From the NCBI GenBank assembly GCA_030390025.1, contig CM059433.1, positions 17,982,001 through 18,046,000 of the forward strand: DNA of 64,000 nucleotides. Reading direction: 5' to 3'. Position 1 is the stretch's first letter. Each line of letters starts with the position of its first letter. Source of the stretch: Squalus acanthias. Taxonomy: Eukaryota. The notes under the pieces were generated by a model. That model did no database searches. It was not told the DNA's origin and saw only the letters and a program-made list of their open reading frames with translations. Below are positions 1-12,716 of this stretch, in pieces. A program made the translations under genes and the position numbers.

Positions 1-232
1 GTGACCTCTATCATCAGAAAATTACATGACACTTATTTTTTTTCCTTTCATTATTTCCCATTTTATCTCACATGCGTTCCAGCTCAAAGCACTTCAGTTA
101 GGCAGCATGACAGCTCATTTATATTACAGAACTTCTGCCAGTAGAAGTACTTCTATAATATAAACCTTGTTGCCAAATCTGTCCTGCTTAAACGGTAGGG
201 CAGATTTAGCAACAAGAAGTAACTGCCAATGG

Positions 233-1260
233 ACATAGGATTACATAGGATATACGGCACAGAAACAGGCCATTCGGCCCAACCATAGAATCATAGAAGA
301 TAGGAGCAGGAGTAGGCCATTCGGCCCCTCGAGCCTGCTCCGCCATTCAATGCGATCATGGCTGATCATCCAAATTCAGTACCCTGTCCCTGCTTTCTCC
401 CCATATCCCTTGATCCCTTTAGCCTTAAGAAATATATCCAACTCCTTCTTGAATCTAGTTAATGAATTGGCCTCTACTACCTTCTGTGGCAGAGAATTCC
501 ACAGGTTCACCACTCTCTGGGTGAAGAAATTCTTCCTCATTTCTGTCCTAAATGGCTTACCCCTTATCCTTAGACTGTGACCCTGGTTCTGGACTCCCCG
601 ACCATCGGGAACATCCTTCCTGCATCTAGTTTGTCCTGTCCTGTCAGAATTTTATAAGTTTCAATGAGATCCCCTCTCATTCTTCTAAACTCCAGCGAGT
701 ATAAGCCCAATCGACCCAATCTCTCTCCATACATCATTCCTGCCATCCCAGGTATCAGCCTTGTGAATCTTCGCTGAACTCCTTCCATGGCAAGAACATC
801 CTTCCTCAGATAAGGCAACCAAAACTGCACACAATACTCAAGGTGTGGTCTCACCAAGGCCCTGTATAACTGCAGCAAGACATCCTTGTTCCTGTACTCA
901 AACCCTCTCGCTATGAAGGCCAACATACCATTTGCCTTCTTAACCGCCTGCTGCACCTGCATGCTTACCTTCAGCGACTGGTGCACAATGACACCCAGGT
1001 CTCGTTGCACTTCCCCTTCTCCCAATCTCTTGCCATTCAGATAATAATCTGCCTTTCTGTTTTTGACACCAAAGTGGATAACCTCGCATTTATCCACGTT
1101 ATACCAGTCCATGCCGGCGTTTATGCTCCACACGAGCCTCCTCCTGTCTTTCCTCATCTAAATCTATCAGCATAACCCTCTATTCCCTTCTCCCTCATAT
1201 GCTTGTCTAGCCTCCCCTTAAATGCATCTATACTATTCGCTTCAACCACTCCCTGTGGTA
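233..1260 (-). mobile_element. CR1-type LINE 3' tail fragment (233-285 and 1103-1260) split by a younger CR1
   Basis: Tail 'aacaggccattcggcccaacca' resumes as 'ccagtccatg' after the insert. Encodes C-terminal VVEANSIDAFKGRLDKHM. Confidence 0.7.
286..1102 (-). mobile_element. 5'-truncated CR1/HER1-like LINE (family A)
   Basis: RT C-terminus ...[17 protein letters not shown]..., plus the 3' tail ending in TTCTATG-type repeats. Confidence 0.93.
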
Positions 1261-4200
1261 CCCTATTATGGGGTACCTTATCGAAGGCCTTTTGAAAATC
1301 CAGATAAATTACATCTACTGCATTACCATTGTCTACTCTCTCTGTTACCTCTTCAAAAAATTCAATATGGTTGGTCAAACAAGACTTTCCCTTTTGAAAT
1401 CCATGTTGACTATTCATTATTATATTTTTGGTTTCTAGATGTTCTTCTATTTTCTCCTTGAGTAGGGATTCCATTATTTTTCTTACTACCGATGTTAAGC
1501 TGACTGGTCTATAATTCCCTGGACATGTTCTATCCCACTTCTTAAATATCGGTATTACATTAGCTATCTGCCAGTCCTCTGGCACTACACCTTTTTCTAA
1601 TGAATTATTAAATATGCATCTGCCTCTGCTATCTCTTCCCTAGATTCTTTTAAAATGCATAGATGCAATCCATCCGGACCAGGGGTTTTTATCTTCTTTG
1701 AGTTTGATTAATTTATTTAATATATCCCCTTTTTTATTTTAAATGCACTTATCTCATTACTAATCTCATCATCCAATGTCATGTCCACCTGTTCTATCTC
1801 CCTGGTAAATACTGAAGCAAAATAATTATTTAATATTTCTGCCATCTCTCTATCGTTACCTGTGGTATTGTCCTGTCTATCCCTTAATGGCCCTATTCCC
1901 ATCTCAACCTTCTTTTTTTATTGATGTGCCTATAAAATATTTTACTATTTTGTTTTATGTTCCTTGATAATTTAATTTCATAATTGTTTTTTTGACTTCT
2001 CTCCTAATCTTTTCATATTCTCCCTTATCATGCACTCCCCTGCTGTCTATGTACTTAATGCATGCCTCTTTCCTTACCCTCAATTGTTCCCTTATGGCTT
2101 TATTCATCCATGGAGTCTCATTATTGTTTAATTTGTTCTTTCCTTTTAGCGGAATATATTTTTCCTGCACTCTGTTGAACACCGTTTTAAATGTTTTCCA
2201 TTGCTGTTCTACATCATTGTTTGCCAATATTGTTGCCCATTTTTACCCCCCAAGTTCTATTCTCAGCCCCTCAAAATCAGCTTTTCTCCAATCTATTAAC
2301 CTGGTTTTCGTCATACTTATGTCCTTCTCAATTATCATCTTAAAGCGTATTATATTATGGTCACTATTGCCTATATGTTCCTCTACTTTTACTTCTCTTA
2401 TCTGCTCTGGTTCATTCCCCATTACTAGATCCAATAGCGAATCCTCCCCTGTTGGGCTTTTAACATATCGGGTTAGAAAGGAGTCCTGTACACATTGTAG
2501 GAACTCCATTCCCTTATCCCCTTTGCCTACCTCTTCTGTCCAATTAATATCAGGGTAGTTGAAATCCCCCATGATTATTATTCTATGTTTTTACTCATTT
2601 CCTTAATTTGTCTGCATTTTTCTTCCTCCACCTCCCTTCCACTATTAGGTGGTCTGTAGACTACACCTATGAGTGTGATTGAACTTTTATTATCTTTTAT
2701 CTCTATCCATATGGATTCTATTTTTGTCTTGCTGATATCTGCATCATTTTTTTCTCTGCCATTATGTTATCCCTAATAAGTACAGCTACTCCACCTCCCC
2801 TTTTTCCCTACCTATCTTTTCTAAATATGTTATACCCTGCAATGTTTAATTTCCAGTCCTGATTTTTCTGTAGCCATGTCTCAGTAATCTCTACTGTGTC
2901 TGGTTCCTTGCAACGCATGATTGCCTCCAGCACCCTGTTTTATTCCAGACACTGGGCTGGATTTTGATACTGGGGCGGGTTGGGGTCGTGTCATCCGCAT
3001 TTCGTGTTATCCACCCGACTGCAATTGGATGTGGGAGATTGATACAATTTTCACCTAATTGGGCAATTGAGTTCCAGCATGTGGGAACCCATGAACCAAT
3101 TAGTGGTTTGAGTCTGAAAGTTGCCTCTGATGATGTCATCATTGTTGCTGCATTGCAGGTCAGAGACTGCCTGGCCTTTGCTGTGAGAGGACCTGGATGC
3201 AAAATGAGCAGCAGCTCTGAGAGAGAGAGAGATAGAGAGGTCCTCTCACAGCAGAGGCCAGGCAGTCTCTGAAGACATTCAATGCAGCAGCATCAGAGGC
3301 GACTTTCAGACCTAATACTACTACTACCTTCATCACATCTCCGTTGTAATAGTGGACCTGCAGCTGATAGTCAGCTATCCACGTGTGCTCCCGCCAGGTT
3401 TCACTGGCGTGTTTCAGATCAGGCGTACTTCACGTTGGAAAAGGGTTAAACTAGCTAAAACGTTTCAAAATGGCATTACAGAGCCAATTTAGGCCTTGTT
3501 AAGGACTTTAATGGCCTCTCCCGCCTCTTGGAGGCGGGACGGAGACGGGGCCACCGCACACGATTTCATCAAAATTGCATGGAGGCGGGATCGGGTCCTC
3601 CCGCCACTTTTCGCAATTTTAACCCCCCACACGCCTCCAAACCCGCCTCCACGGGTCTATGAAAATCCAGCCCACTGTGTGCATTGCTGTATGACAGTTT
3701 AACTCATTTTTAATAGGATTTCCTCTCACTTTATGTTTAACCTTCTTTTTAAACTCCTGTTCTATAACTCTATTTATTCCCTTGCCATCAATGTCCTCCC
3801 TTACTTTATTCTTTCCTATGCTCACTTTTCCTGTTTTGTTTATAATTAGGCTGGTTACGTTTCTTGTAGATCCCTCCCCCCATCTTACTAGTTTAAAGCC
3901 TTTGCCACCTCCCTATTTACACTTTCCACTAGGACACGGGTCCCATCGCGGTTCAGGTGGAGCCCATCCCATCGGTACAGCTCTTTCCTGTCCCAGAACT
4001 GGTGCCAGTGTCCCATGAAAAGGAACCCCTGTTTATCACACCAGCCCTTTAGCCATGTGTTAATTCTCCTGATCTGTCTGCTTCTATGCCAATTTGCACG
4101 TGGCTCAGGCAATAATCCAGAGATTATTACCCTCGAGGTCCTGCTTTTTCATTTAGATCCTACCTCCTCACTATTCCTACCTATGTCGTTTGTTCCAATA

Positions 4201-4400
4201 TGGACCACGACCACTGGATTTACCCCCCTCTCTTTCCAAGTTCCTCTCCAGCCGCCGTGAGATATCCCTCACCCTGGCGAACCACCCTTTGGGATTCTCA
4301 TTCTTGGCTGCAGAGGACGCTATCTATCTCCTAATTATAGAGTCCCCCATCACTACCACATTTCTATTCTGCTATTCCCTCCCTTGGAAAGCCTTCTGAG
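1261..4400 (-). mobile_element. Older CR1 LINE with ORF1 esterase, APE endonuclease and N-terminal RT; frameshifted
   Basis: ORF1 SGNH-like WDGLHLN (3888-4112); EN motifs TETWL, GDFNYPDINW, SDHNII; RT motifs [22 protein letters not shown]. Confidence 0.9.
2954..3673. mobile_element. Non-autonomous Harbinger-type MITE inside the CR1 endonuclease
   Basis: Perfect 12-bp TIR GGGCTGGATTTT/AAAATCCAGCCC; 3-bp TSD ACT on both sides; the CR1 EN frame rejoins across it. Confidence 0.85.
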
Positions 4401-4529
4401 CCACGGTGGTCCTCGCTGCCTGGTCTCTTGCTGTTTTAAGTACCGCCGCTGCTAATACCGCCTCCAATTAGGTCTTGCATTTCTGCTGGCTTTTACATGG
4501 TACAAATAATGAATATGTACAAATATTAG

Positions 4530-4750
4530 AAGAAGGAAAGACTTGCATTTATATAGCACCCGTCACAACCTCAGGACGTCCCAAGGCACTTTGCAGCCAA
4601 TGAAGTATTTTTTTGATGCGTAGTCACTGTTGTAATGTAGGAAATGTGGCAGCCAATTTGCGCACAGCAAGCTCCCACAAACAGTAATGAGGTAAATGAC
4701 CAATTAAACATGTTTTAGTGATGTTGGTTGAGAGATAAATGTTGGTCAGG
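4530..4750 (-). mobile_element. Deu-SINE (SacSINE1-like) 3' part
   Basis: Shares 'cttgcatttatatagc...cagccaatttgcgcacagcaagctcccacaaacagc' with the other copies. Confidence 0.75.
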
Positions 4751-4907
4751 CCATCACGATGAACATGTGTAGCTAGTGCAAAGTTACATTTGAAACTTTG
4801 TCAGCCTAAACCTTTCCTAATGCCAAAATAAAGTATACACAGTCCAGAAATGTGGGCTTGAGAGGTCACACAGGTTTATAATATATATTATAGATGTTCC
4901 AGATGTA

Positions 4908-5275
4908 CCGTGGCTGCAGTGTGTACCATCTATAAGATGCACTGCAGCAACTCGCCAAGGCTTCTTCGGCAGCACCTCCCAAACCTGCGACCTCCTCCAC
5001 CTAGAAGGACAAGGGCAGCAGGCGCATGGGAACACCACCACCTCCAAGTTACACAGCATCCTGACTTGGAAGTATATCGCCGTTCCTTCATCGTCGCTGG
5101 GTCAAAATCCTGGAACTCCCTCCCTAACAGCACTGTGGGAGTACCTTCATCACACGGACTGCAGCGGTTCAAGAAGGCGGCTCACCACCACCTTCTCGAG
5201 GGCAATTAGGGATGGGCAATAAATGCTGGCCTTGCCAGCAACGCCCAGATCCCATGAATGAATAGAAAAAAAATA
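4908..5275 (+). mobile_element. CR1-group LINE family B 3' end
   Basis: AAVCTIYKMHCSNSPRLLRQHLP...; tail gggcaataaatgctggccttgccagc followed by an A-run. Confidence 0.88.
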
Positions 5276-6380
5276 CAGTAATGATAGAAGACATGATTTG
5301 TAATGTTTACTGATGACTCATTGGCCTGGAGTTTCCTCCACTATCCCACCCCAAATCCAGTGGGACATCAGTGGAAAATGCAGGAAAATCGGGCAGTAAG
5401 ACCTACCGCCATGTTAGTACCCTGACCACAATTTTCCTCCCCTTGCCCCAGCCAGGAAGGCTGTCAGCGGCCTTTTCACCACCAGCCACATGTAAATGTC
5501 AGCAGGAATGCAGAACCTGGCAACATACCCCATTTCCCTGCTTCTGCCACTTCATCCCACCGCTCCCAAGGACCACCAAGAGAGGGGTAACAGTAGTCAA
5601 TGGGGCAGTGGCAGACTGCCCAGTGGAACCTCTTTGGAGTGAGAAGGCCCAGTAGTGGGCACCACTACCTCCCCTTAGGCCTCAACCACTCACCACAGGA
5701 AGGCCTCAGCTCAATCCAACACTTAAACAAAAAACTGAATGATGACCTTCAGGGTGTGCCAGAATGCAAGGTCAGGTCATGAACATTATTTGAGAGCAGT
5801 CCCAGCATGTAGTGCATGGCAGGCTGTGACCTTGGGAACAGGCAGGACTTGGGACAAAATTTCAGACAGCAGCAACCAGACTTGGGCTATGGCTACCATC
5901 AAGTACTGACAGCATTTTCTCGGGCGAAGGGGTCAGGAGCTGTCAGGGTAGCACAGTTGGGCTGGGCTAACAAGCAGGGAACAGGGAAGAGCCAGGCAGG
6001 GGAATTTTTACTGAATATTTTAACGCCCTCCCTGCAATGCTTATTCCAAATGGATGTTGTACTGTTGGGTCCCTGCCAGACTCTAAGGCCGGAATATTCA
6101 CCTTTGCGTCGGGTTGGGTGCGTGTGGGCGGCATAGTGGGTCCGAAACGCGATGTTCTGAGCAACGCACTGCTCAGAGCAACTTTCACTTAATGGCCCCA
6201 ATTGAAAGAGTCCTGCGCATTTCCCGGCCCTATTAAATGCTGCGGGTCTGATGACGTCATCGATGACTCGTTTTCAGCGCCCATATTTAAAGCAGCCTTG
6301 CACTCAACTCACTTGAAGGTTTCCAGAGGAGGGTGGAAGGTGTGAAAGAAAGTCCACAGGAGAGATACAACTTTTCAAAC

Positions 6381-9300
6381 ATGGATAGCCAAAGGCAGAG
6401 GACTACACCCCAGTTCTCAGATTCGTCCTTACATACTCTTGTGGAGGCTGTCAGAGCACGCAAGGAAGTCCTCTTCCCTGATGACAGGCTAAGGAGACTT
6501 CCACAAACAACGAAGAGAGCCTGGCTGGATATTGCTGAGGAGGTCAGCAGCAGTGATGTGGTGAGGAGGACCTGGATGCAGTGCAGGAAGCGCTTCAATG
6601 ATCTCATGAGGTCAGGAAAGGTGAGTGCAATGCCACACTCACCCTCATCCTGAAGTGCCTGTCAACACAACCCCATCACGCTGCCTTCCCAAGCCTACTC
6701 TTGCACATCATTCCTCACACCAACCTACCTTGCACGTCCACCCATCCCTCGCTCTCTATCTACATACTCACTTCCCCATCTGACTAACCAGCCCTCACAC
6801 GCACCCTCATCCTAATGCAATCTTATCAAGTAACACCACAGAAGGAGGCCATTTGGCATTGGTACCCCACTCCCTTGTAGTCACCCTCTACAGATGTAAC
6901 CCATCCATTCCTTACACTCATTCCATCACTCTCACTCAAAATTCTCTTTTTTCCCTCCTTGCAGGGAAAGAGAGCCCACAACAACAGGGAGAGGGAGAGA
7001 ACCGAAGGTGGCCCTCCAGTCATTGCACATCTGACAGCAGCAGAGGAGTCGGCTCTGGAAATTTCGAGAGACGCTGGCAGTGGGAGACGGAGAGAGGGGC
7101 ACATCCCAGCAACCTGGTGACAAAAAACATCTCATAAAGCCACATGGCATACAACAGTCACCCATACGGTAACTCATGTCAGCAGCCAGTGAAATGTCAT
7201 CATGTGCATAATGGTAACATTACCCATTATAACAATTCTAATTCCTCTCTTTACCCTCCCATAGGTCCATCAACTGCCCACCCCCACTGTCCAGCCAGAG
7301 GAGGAAGACGACTCCTCAGAGGAAGCTTCAGTCTCTGAGGGTGCACCATTAGCAGACCCAAGTGCAGCCAGCACCAGCGCAGATACACACACCTCGGTGG
7401 GTCCTTTGCGACATAGAATAGAGTTGCCACCTGGTCTCACAATTCACAAGTGAGCAAGAGCAGAAGGTGTTGACAGGGACAGCAGTGGAGATTCTGCGCC
7501 GGAGGGCGCAGGACGCTCCAAGCTCTGCTGAGCTGCATGCAGCTGCTGAGCCTCGGGAGCCATTGAGAAAGTGAGTGATCTTGGAGGGGCAGCAACAATT
7601 GCACGAGGCCGTGGCATCTTTTGCAGCCGCGATGTCTGCCAATGTTCAGAGAATGGAGGCAGTGCATCTCCAACATGAGCACCACCATGTCGCAGACGAT
7701 GGCGACGATGTGCTCTTCCATGGAAAGGATGGCCACCTGCATGGAGCAGCAAATGCGCCACTCACATGAGCTCATGCTAGCTGTGGACAACAAATGGCAA
7801 ATACTCATAGACCTCCTCTCAAGGATGCTGCCAAAGACATAATGAAGGAGGAGGTAGTGGAGACACTTGATAGTATAAAAATTGATAAAGAAGAGGTATT
7901 AGAAAGGCTGGCTGTACTTAAAGTAGATAAGTCACCAGGAGCAGATGGGATGCATCCTTGGATGCTGAGGGAATTGAGGGTGGAAATCGCGGAGGTACTG
8001 GCCATAATATTCCAATCCTCCATAGATACGGGGGTGGTGCCAGAGGACTGAAGAATTGCAAATATTGCACCATTGTTCAAAAAAGGGTGTAAAAATGAAC
8101 CCAGCAACTACAGGCCAGTCAGTTTAACCTCGGTAGTGGGGAAGTTTTTAGAAACAGTAATCAGGGACAAAATTAACAGTCACTTAGATAGGTGTGGATT
8201 AATTAAGGAACGCCAGCATGGATTTGTTAAAGGCAAATCGCGTTTAACCAACTTGATCGAGTTCTTTGATGAGTTAACAGGGAGTGTTGATGAGGGTAAT
8301 GCGGTTGATGTAGTGTACATGGATTTCCAAAAGGCGTTTGACAAAGTGCCACATAATAGGCTCGCCAGCAAAGTTGAAGCCCATGGAATAAAAGGCACAA
8401 TGGCAGCATGGATACGGAATTGGCTAAGTGACAGGAAACCGAGAGTAGTGGTGAACGGTTGTTTTTTGGACTGGAGGAAGGTATACAGTGGTGTTCCTCA
8501 GGGGTCGGTTCTAGGACCATTGCTTCTCTTGATATATATTAATGACTTGGACGTGGGTGTACAGGGCACAATTTCAAAATTTGCAGATGACACAAAATTT
8601 GGAACAGCGAGGAGGAGAGTGATAGACTTCAAGAAGACATAAACAGGCTGGTGAAATGGGCGGACACGTGGCAGATAAAATTTAACACAGAAAAGTGTGA
8701 AGTGATACATTTTGGTAGAAAGAATGGGGAGTGGAAATATAAACTGAAGGGTACAATCCAAAAGGGGGTGCATGAACAGAGAGACCTGGGGGTATATGTG
8801 CACAAATCATTGAAGATGGCAGGGCAGTTTGAGAAAGCAGTTAAAAAGGCTTACGGGATCCTGGGCTTCATAAATAGAGGCATAGAGTACAAAAGTGTGG
8901 AAATTATGATGAAACACTGGTTTGGCCCCAACTAGAGTATTGTGTTCAGTTCTGGGCACAACACTTTAGGAAGGATGTGAAACCCTAAAAGAAGGTGCAG
9001 AAAAGATTTATGAGAATGATTCCAGGAATGAGGGACTTCAGTTACGTTGATAGACTGGAGAAGCTGGGGTTGTTCTCCTTGGAGCAGAGAAGATATAGAG
9101 GTGTTCAAAATCATGAGGGGTCTGGACAGAGCAGATAGAGGGAAACTGTTCCCATTGGCGGAAGGGTCGAGAACCAGAGGACACAGATTTAAGGTGATTG
9201 GCAAAACAACCAAAGGCGACGTAAGAAAAGCTTTTTTACACAGCGAGTGGTTAAGATCTGGAATGCACTGCCTGAAAGGGTGATGGAGGCAGATTCAATC

Positions 9301-9862
9301 ACGACTTTCAAAAGGGAGTTGGATAAGTATCTGAAAGAAAAAATTTGCAGGGCTACGGGGAAAGGGCAGGGGAGTGGGACGAGCTGAGAGTTGGCACGGG
9401 CTCAATGGGCCAAATGGCCTTCTTCCATGCTGTAACCATTCTATGATTCTAATGAGGGATGTAAACGTTGACTTGGTCCTTCATCGCCCCACTGCTGTGT
9501 AGCAAGGTGCTCGCCAGCTCCTTGCTAGCAGGGAAGTCCGGGTGGCCCATGAGAGGGATGATGGTGAGAGGGGACATGGAAGTAGGGGCTATTCTCAAAG
9601 CGCTCACACTTCTCACCCATTGCCTCCCCGTCAGTTAGAGCCCCAGATGCTTCATCGAATCGTGATGGTCGAGTCTACCCCTGCATGGTCGCAGGAGCAG
9701 ACTTTGGCGGGGCCATCACAGGCTCCAAAATCCAGAGGACATCTGCCAAAAGTGTCTGCGCAGTCGCAGCAGGGAAGTGAGCAGCCTGCAACTACCTCTG
9801 CTGAAGCCACAGGGGTTGCACCTCGTAGAAGCACTCGCAAACAAAAACTGACACAGAAGTAG
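6381..9862 (+). pseudogene. Harbinger Myb/SANT-like (NAIF1-type) DNA-binding protein, spliced, broken by a CR1
   Basis: Exon 1 6381-6620 (FSDSSL...WLDIAEEV...RTWMQCRKRFNDL|gtgagt); exon 2 from 6965 (KRAHNNRERERTEGGPP); exon 3 from about 7265. Confidence 0.85.
7821..9450 (+). mobile_element. 5'-truncated CR1 LINE nested in the Harbinger
   Basis: [41 protein letters not shown] tail; stops and frameshifts. Confidence 0.92.
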
Positions 9863-10149
9863 ATGCACAAGGGTAAGCACATGGGTATCTCAACAAATGT
9901 TAGTGCTAAGTTTCAGTTGTTTTGATTGTACACATCAGTGTTTTTCTTTGCACCACTTTTGGGTTTTGTCCATTTTTGCCTCAAACCTTGGAAGTGGCTT
10001 TGTCACTTGGAGTGAATGGTGAGATGTTATTTAACCTCGAGTATTGGGCCTTTGGGTAAAATCAATGGCTTGGTCATTGTAGGGAAGTTGTGGGGGTGGG
10101 GGGAACTTAGTACAGGAAGTGGCAGGCATGTGGCTGCATTGGAGCAAGT

Positions 10150-11330
10150 TCAGTAAATCTGCCCATGATGAGGCCATCCCGGGCAGCAGTGTGCGCCACT
10201 GCTGGTGGCATCTGCATCTCAGTTTCCTCCTCCTTGTCTTCCACCTCCTCATCCTCTGAAGTGGCTGTGTGTGTGCGCCATGCTCCTCCTGCAGCTCTAA
10301 TCCTCGCTGCTGCGCAATGTTGTGCAGTGCGCAGCAGACGACGATTATTCTGGAGACCCTGGCTGGTGCGTACTGAAGGGCTCCTGCAGATCTGTCAAGG
10401 CATCTGAAGCACATCTTCAGCATGCCTATTGATTGTTCTATGACACATCTGGTGGAGATGTGGCTCTCATAATAACGCTCCTCGTCCTCAGTATTTGGCC
10501 TCCTCAGGGTTGTCATGAGCCACGTCTTCAGTGGATAGCCGGAACGTCTGTTTGGAGGTGCGAAGAGCTGAGGAAGGGTAGACTGGCGCAGCACGAAAAA
10601 GTCATGACAGCTGCCAAAATCTGGCACACACATGCATAATCATCTTTTTGTGGTTGCAGACGAGCTGCACATTGAGGGAGTGGATGTCTTTGCAGTTCAC
10701 AAACACTCCTGGATGATGATGGGGTGCCTTCATGGCCACACATGTGCAGTTGATGAAGCCCTTCACTTGTGGGAAGCCAGCCAGAGCAGCAAAGCCAAGC
10801 ACCCGCTCAGTAACACTGACCTCATCAGTTGCAAAGCTTATATAATTGGCTGACTTGTGAAACATGGCATCGGTGACCTGCGTGATGCATCTGTGGGCGG
10901 CCGACTGAGAGAGCCCGCAAATGTCTGTTGCAGTTCCCTGGAAGGAGCCTGAGGCGAAGAAATTGAGGGCGGTCATGACTTTGACAGCCACTGGCATGAA
11001 GTGTCCAGCAGGACCTCTGGGCAGGAGGTCATTTTCCAGCAAACTACAAATGTCTGCGACGACCTGGCACGATAGCCTGAGCCTCCTGAAGTACTGCTGC
11101 TCAGTCATTTTGAGGAAGTTCATCCTATGCCTGTATACCCTGTGTTGGGGGTATCGCCTCCGGCGCACTGCAGCCTTGTGCTGACCCCCTCTCTGCTGTG
11201 GAGCATCAGGTCATTGAAGAGAAGGCTGGTGTTGTGGCTGCTGCTGCTGCTGTGGCTGGTGTTGTTGGTGGCGGTGCTCATCTTGGTCCGATTCTGAGGA
11301 CCAAGGTGAGGCAGTGTAAGCAGCACCCAT
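10150..11330 (-). pseudogene. Harbinger DDE transposase (HARBI1-like), disabled
   Basis: [20 protein letters not shown] (canonical GAID is D>N); [34 protein letters not shown]; frameshifts and one in-frame TGA. Confidence 0.92.
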
Positions 11331-11950
11331 GCTGGTGCCGTAGATGGCAGGTTAAGTAGCGATCAGAGGGCCAATCCCTCAATGTTGTGGTAGTGAGTAC
11401 CAATGTGGTGAGACTGGCTTCCGAGGTGACAGGAATGATCTGCAAACTCCAGAAACCTAAATCTGTGGACAAAATTGACTCATCAACAGCCTTTCCCTTA
11501 GGCAACTGATGAGGTGTAAGGTGTGTGTATTTATCTGGTATTCCCAACTGTCAATTAATGCCCTCGCACAATGGCCACTGAGCTTCCGCCTCCCCTTCAC
11601 GGGCGAGGTTCCCGAGCTGCGTGCTTCCCGCGCTCATGCCGTTAAATTCAGAAGTTGTTGTTAAAAACCCAGTTAAGGGTCTGATAACAAGCATTTAATG
11701 ACTTTAATGAGGTTGCCAGCCAACCCGACCGGGTCCGTGGCGCGCTGGCAAATGCGTCCGAGTTAAAGGCGCGAGGAGGCAGGATGACGACGGGTTCCCG
11801 ATGCGCCGGCATTTTTCGCTATTTTTACAGCCGACCGGCCTCCAAACCCGCACGCAAGGCAACGGAAAATATCCGGCCTAAGATTGCATTACAAGGAGGC
11901 CTCTTAACTCACATTTTTCTGAGGGCATCAGTGAGAGACTTGCTCTTAAA

Positions 11951-12369
11951 CGACCTCAGGACATCCCAAAGTGCTTTACAGCCAATTAAGTACTTTTGAA
12001 GTGTTGTCACTGTTGTAACGTAGGAAATGCAGCAGCAAATTTGCGCACAGCAAGCTACCGCAAACAGCAATGTGATAATGACCAGATAATCTGTTTTCAG
12101 TGATGTTGGTTGAGGGATAAATATTGGCCCAGGACACCGGGGATAACACCCGTGCTCTTCTTCAAAATAGTGCCATAGGATCTTTTACTTCCACCTGAGA
12201 GAGCAGACGGGGCCTCGGTTTAACGTCGCATCCAAAAGACGGCACCCCCCGACAGTGCAGCACTGGAGTGCCAGCCTAGATTATGGGCTCAAGTCTCTGG
12301 AATGTGACTTGAACCCACAACCTTCAGACTCAGAGGCGAGAGTGCGACCCCTGAGCCACAGCCGACACC
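11951..12369 (-). mobile_element. Deu-SINE (SacSINE1-like)
   Basis: tRNA-like head with A/B boxes on minus (GTGGCTCAG..., GGTTCAAGTC) and a core shared with other copies. Confidence 0.8.
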
Positions 12370-12716
12370 TGTAGCACACTTTCTATGCAGTCTTCCAGTG
12401 TCCGTCACACTCGCTGGCCTCATTGGGTTGCACTAGGTGCCTCAAGCTTGTTACAGGCCACAGACCTCAGCGCTTCGCACCCAGCACCCAATGGATGTCC
12501 TATGTGCTGAAGCGTCTCAGATGCCCGGCATCTGTGCACCAGTGTGCCATTAATAGCTTACGCTACAAATTGTAATTGTTTTTTGAAAAATGTATTACTG
12601 TTTTTGCATATTTAACAGAAAACATCGGAAAACCTGCCTGCTCCTCTGCTATTCTATCAACCATAGAGAAACGCTAAGCCCCCTATGGGTTAGGAACATA
12701 GGAGCAGGAGTAAGCC

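Larger units (their letters stand above)
6087..11878. mobile_element. PIF/Harbinger DNA transposon, two-gene, inactive
   Basis: Imperfect TIRs GGCCGGAATATTC / GAAAATATCCGGCC; TAA TSD at 6084-6086 and 11879-11881; convergent Myb/SANT and DDE genes. Confidence 0.92.

Noticed and set aside
5322..6030. Possible further Harbinger relic
   Set aside because: Only a weak TIR-like start; no matching end or recognisable protein motif.
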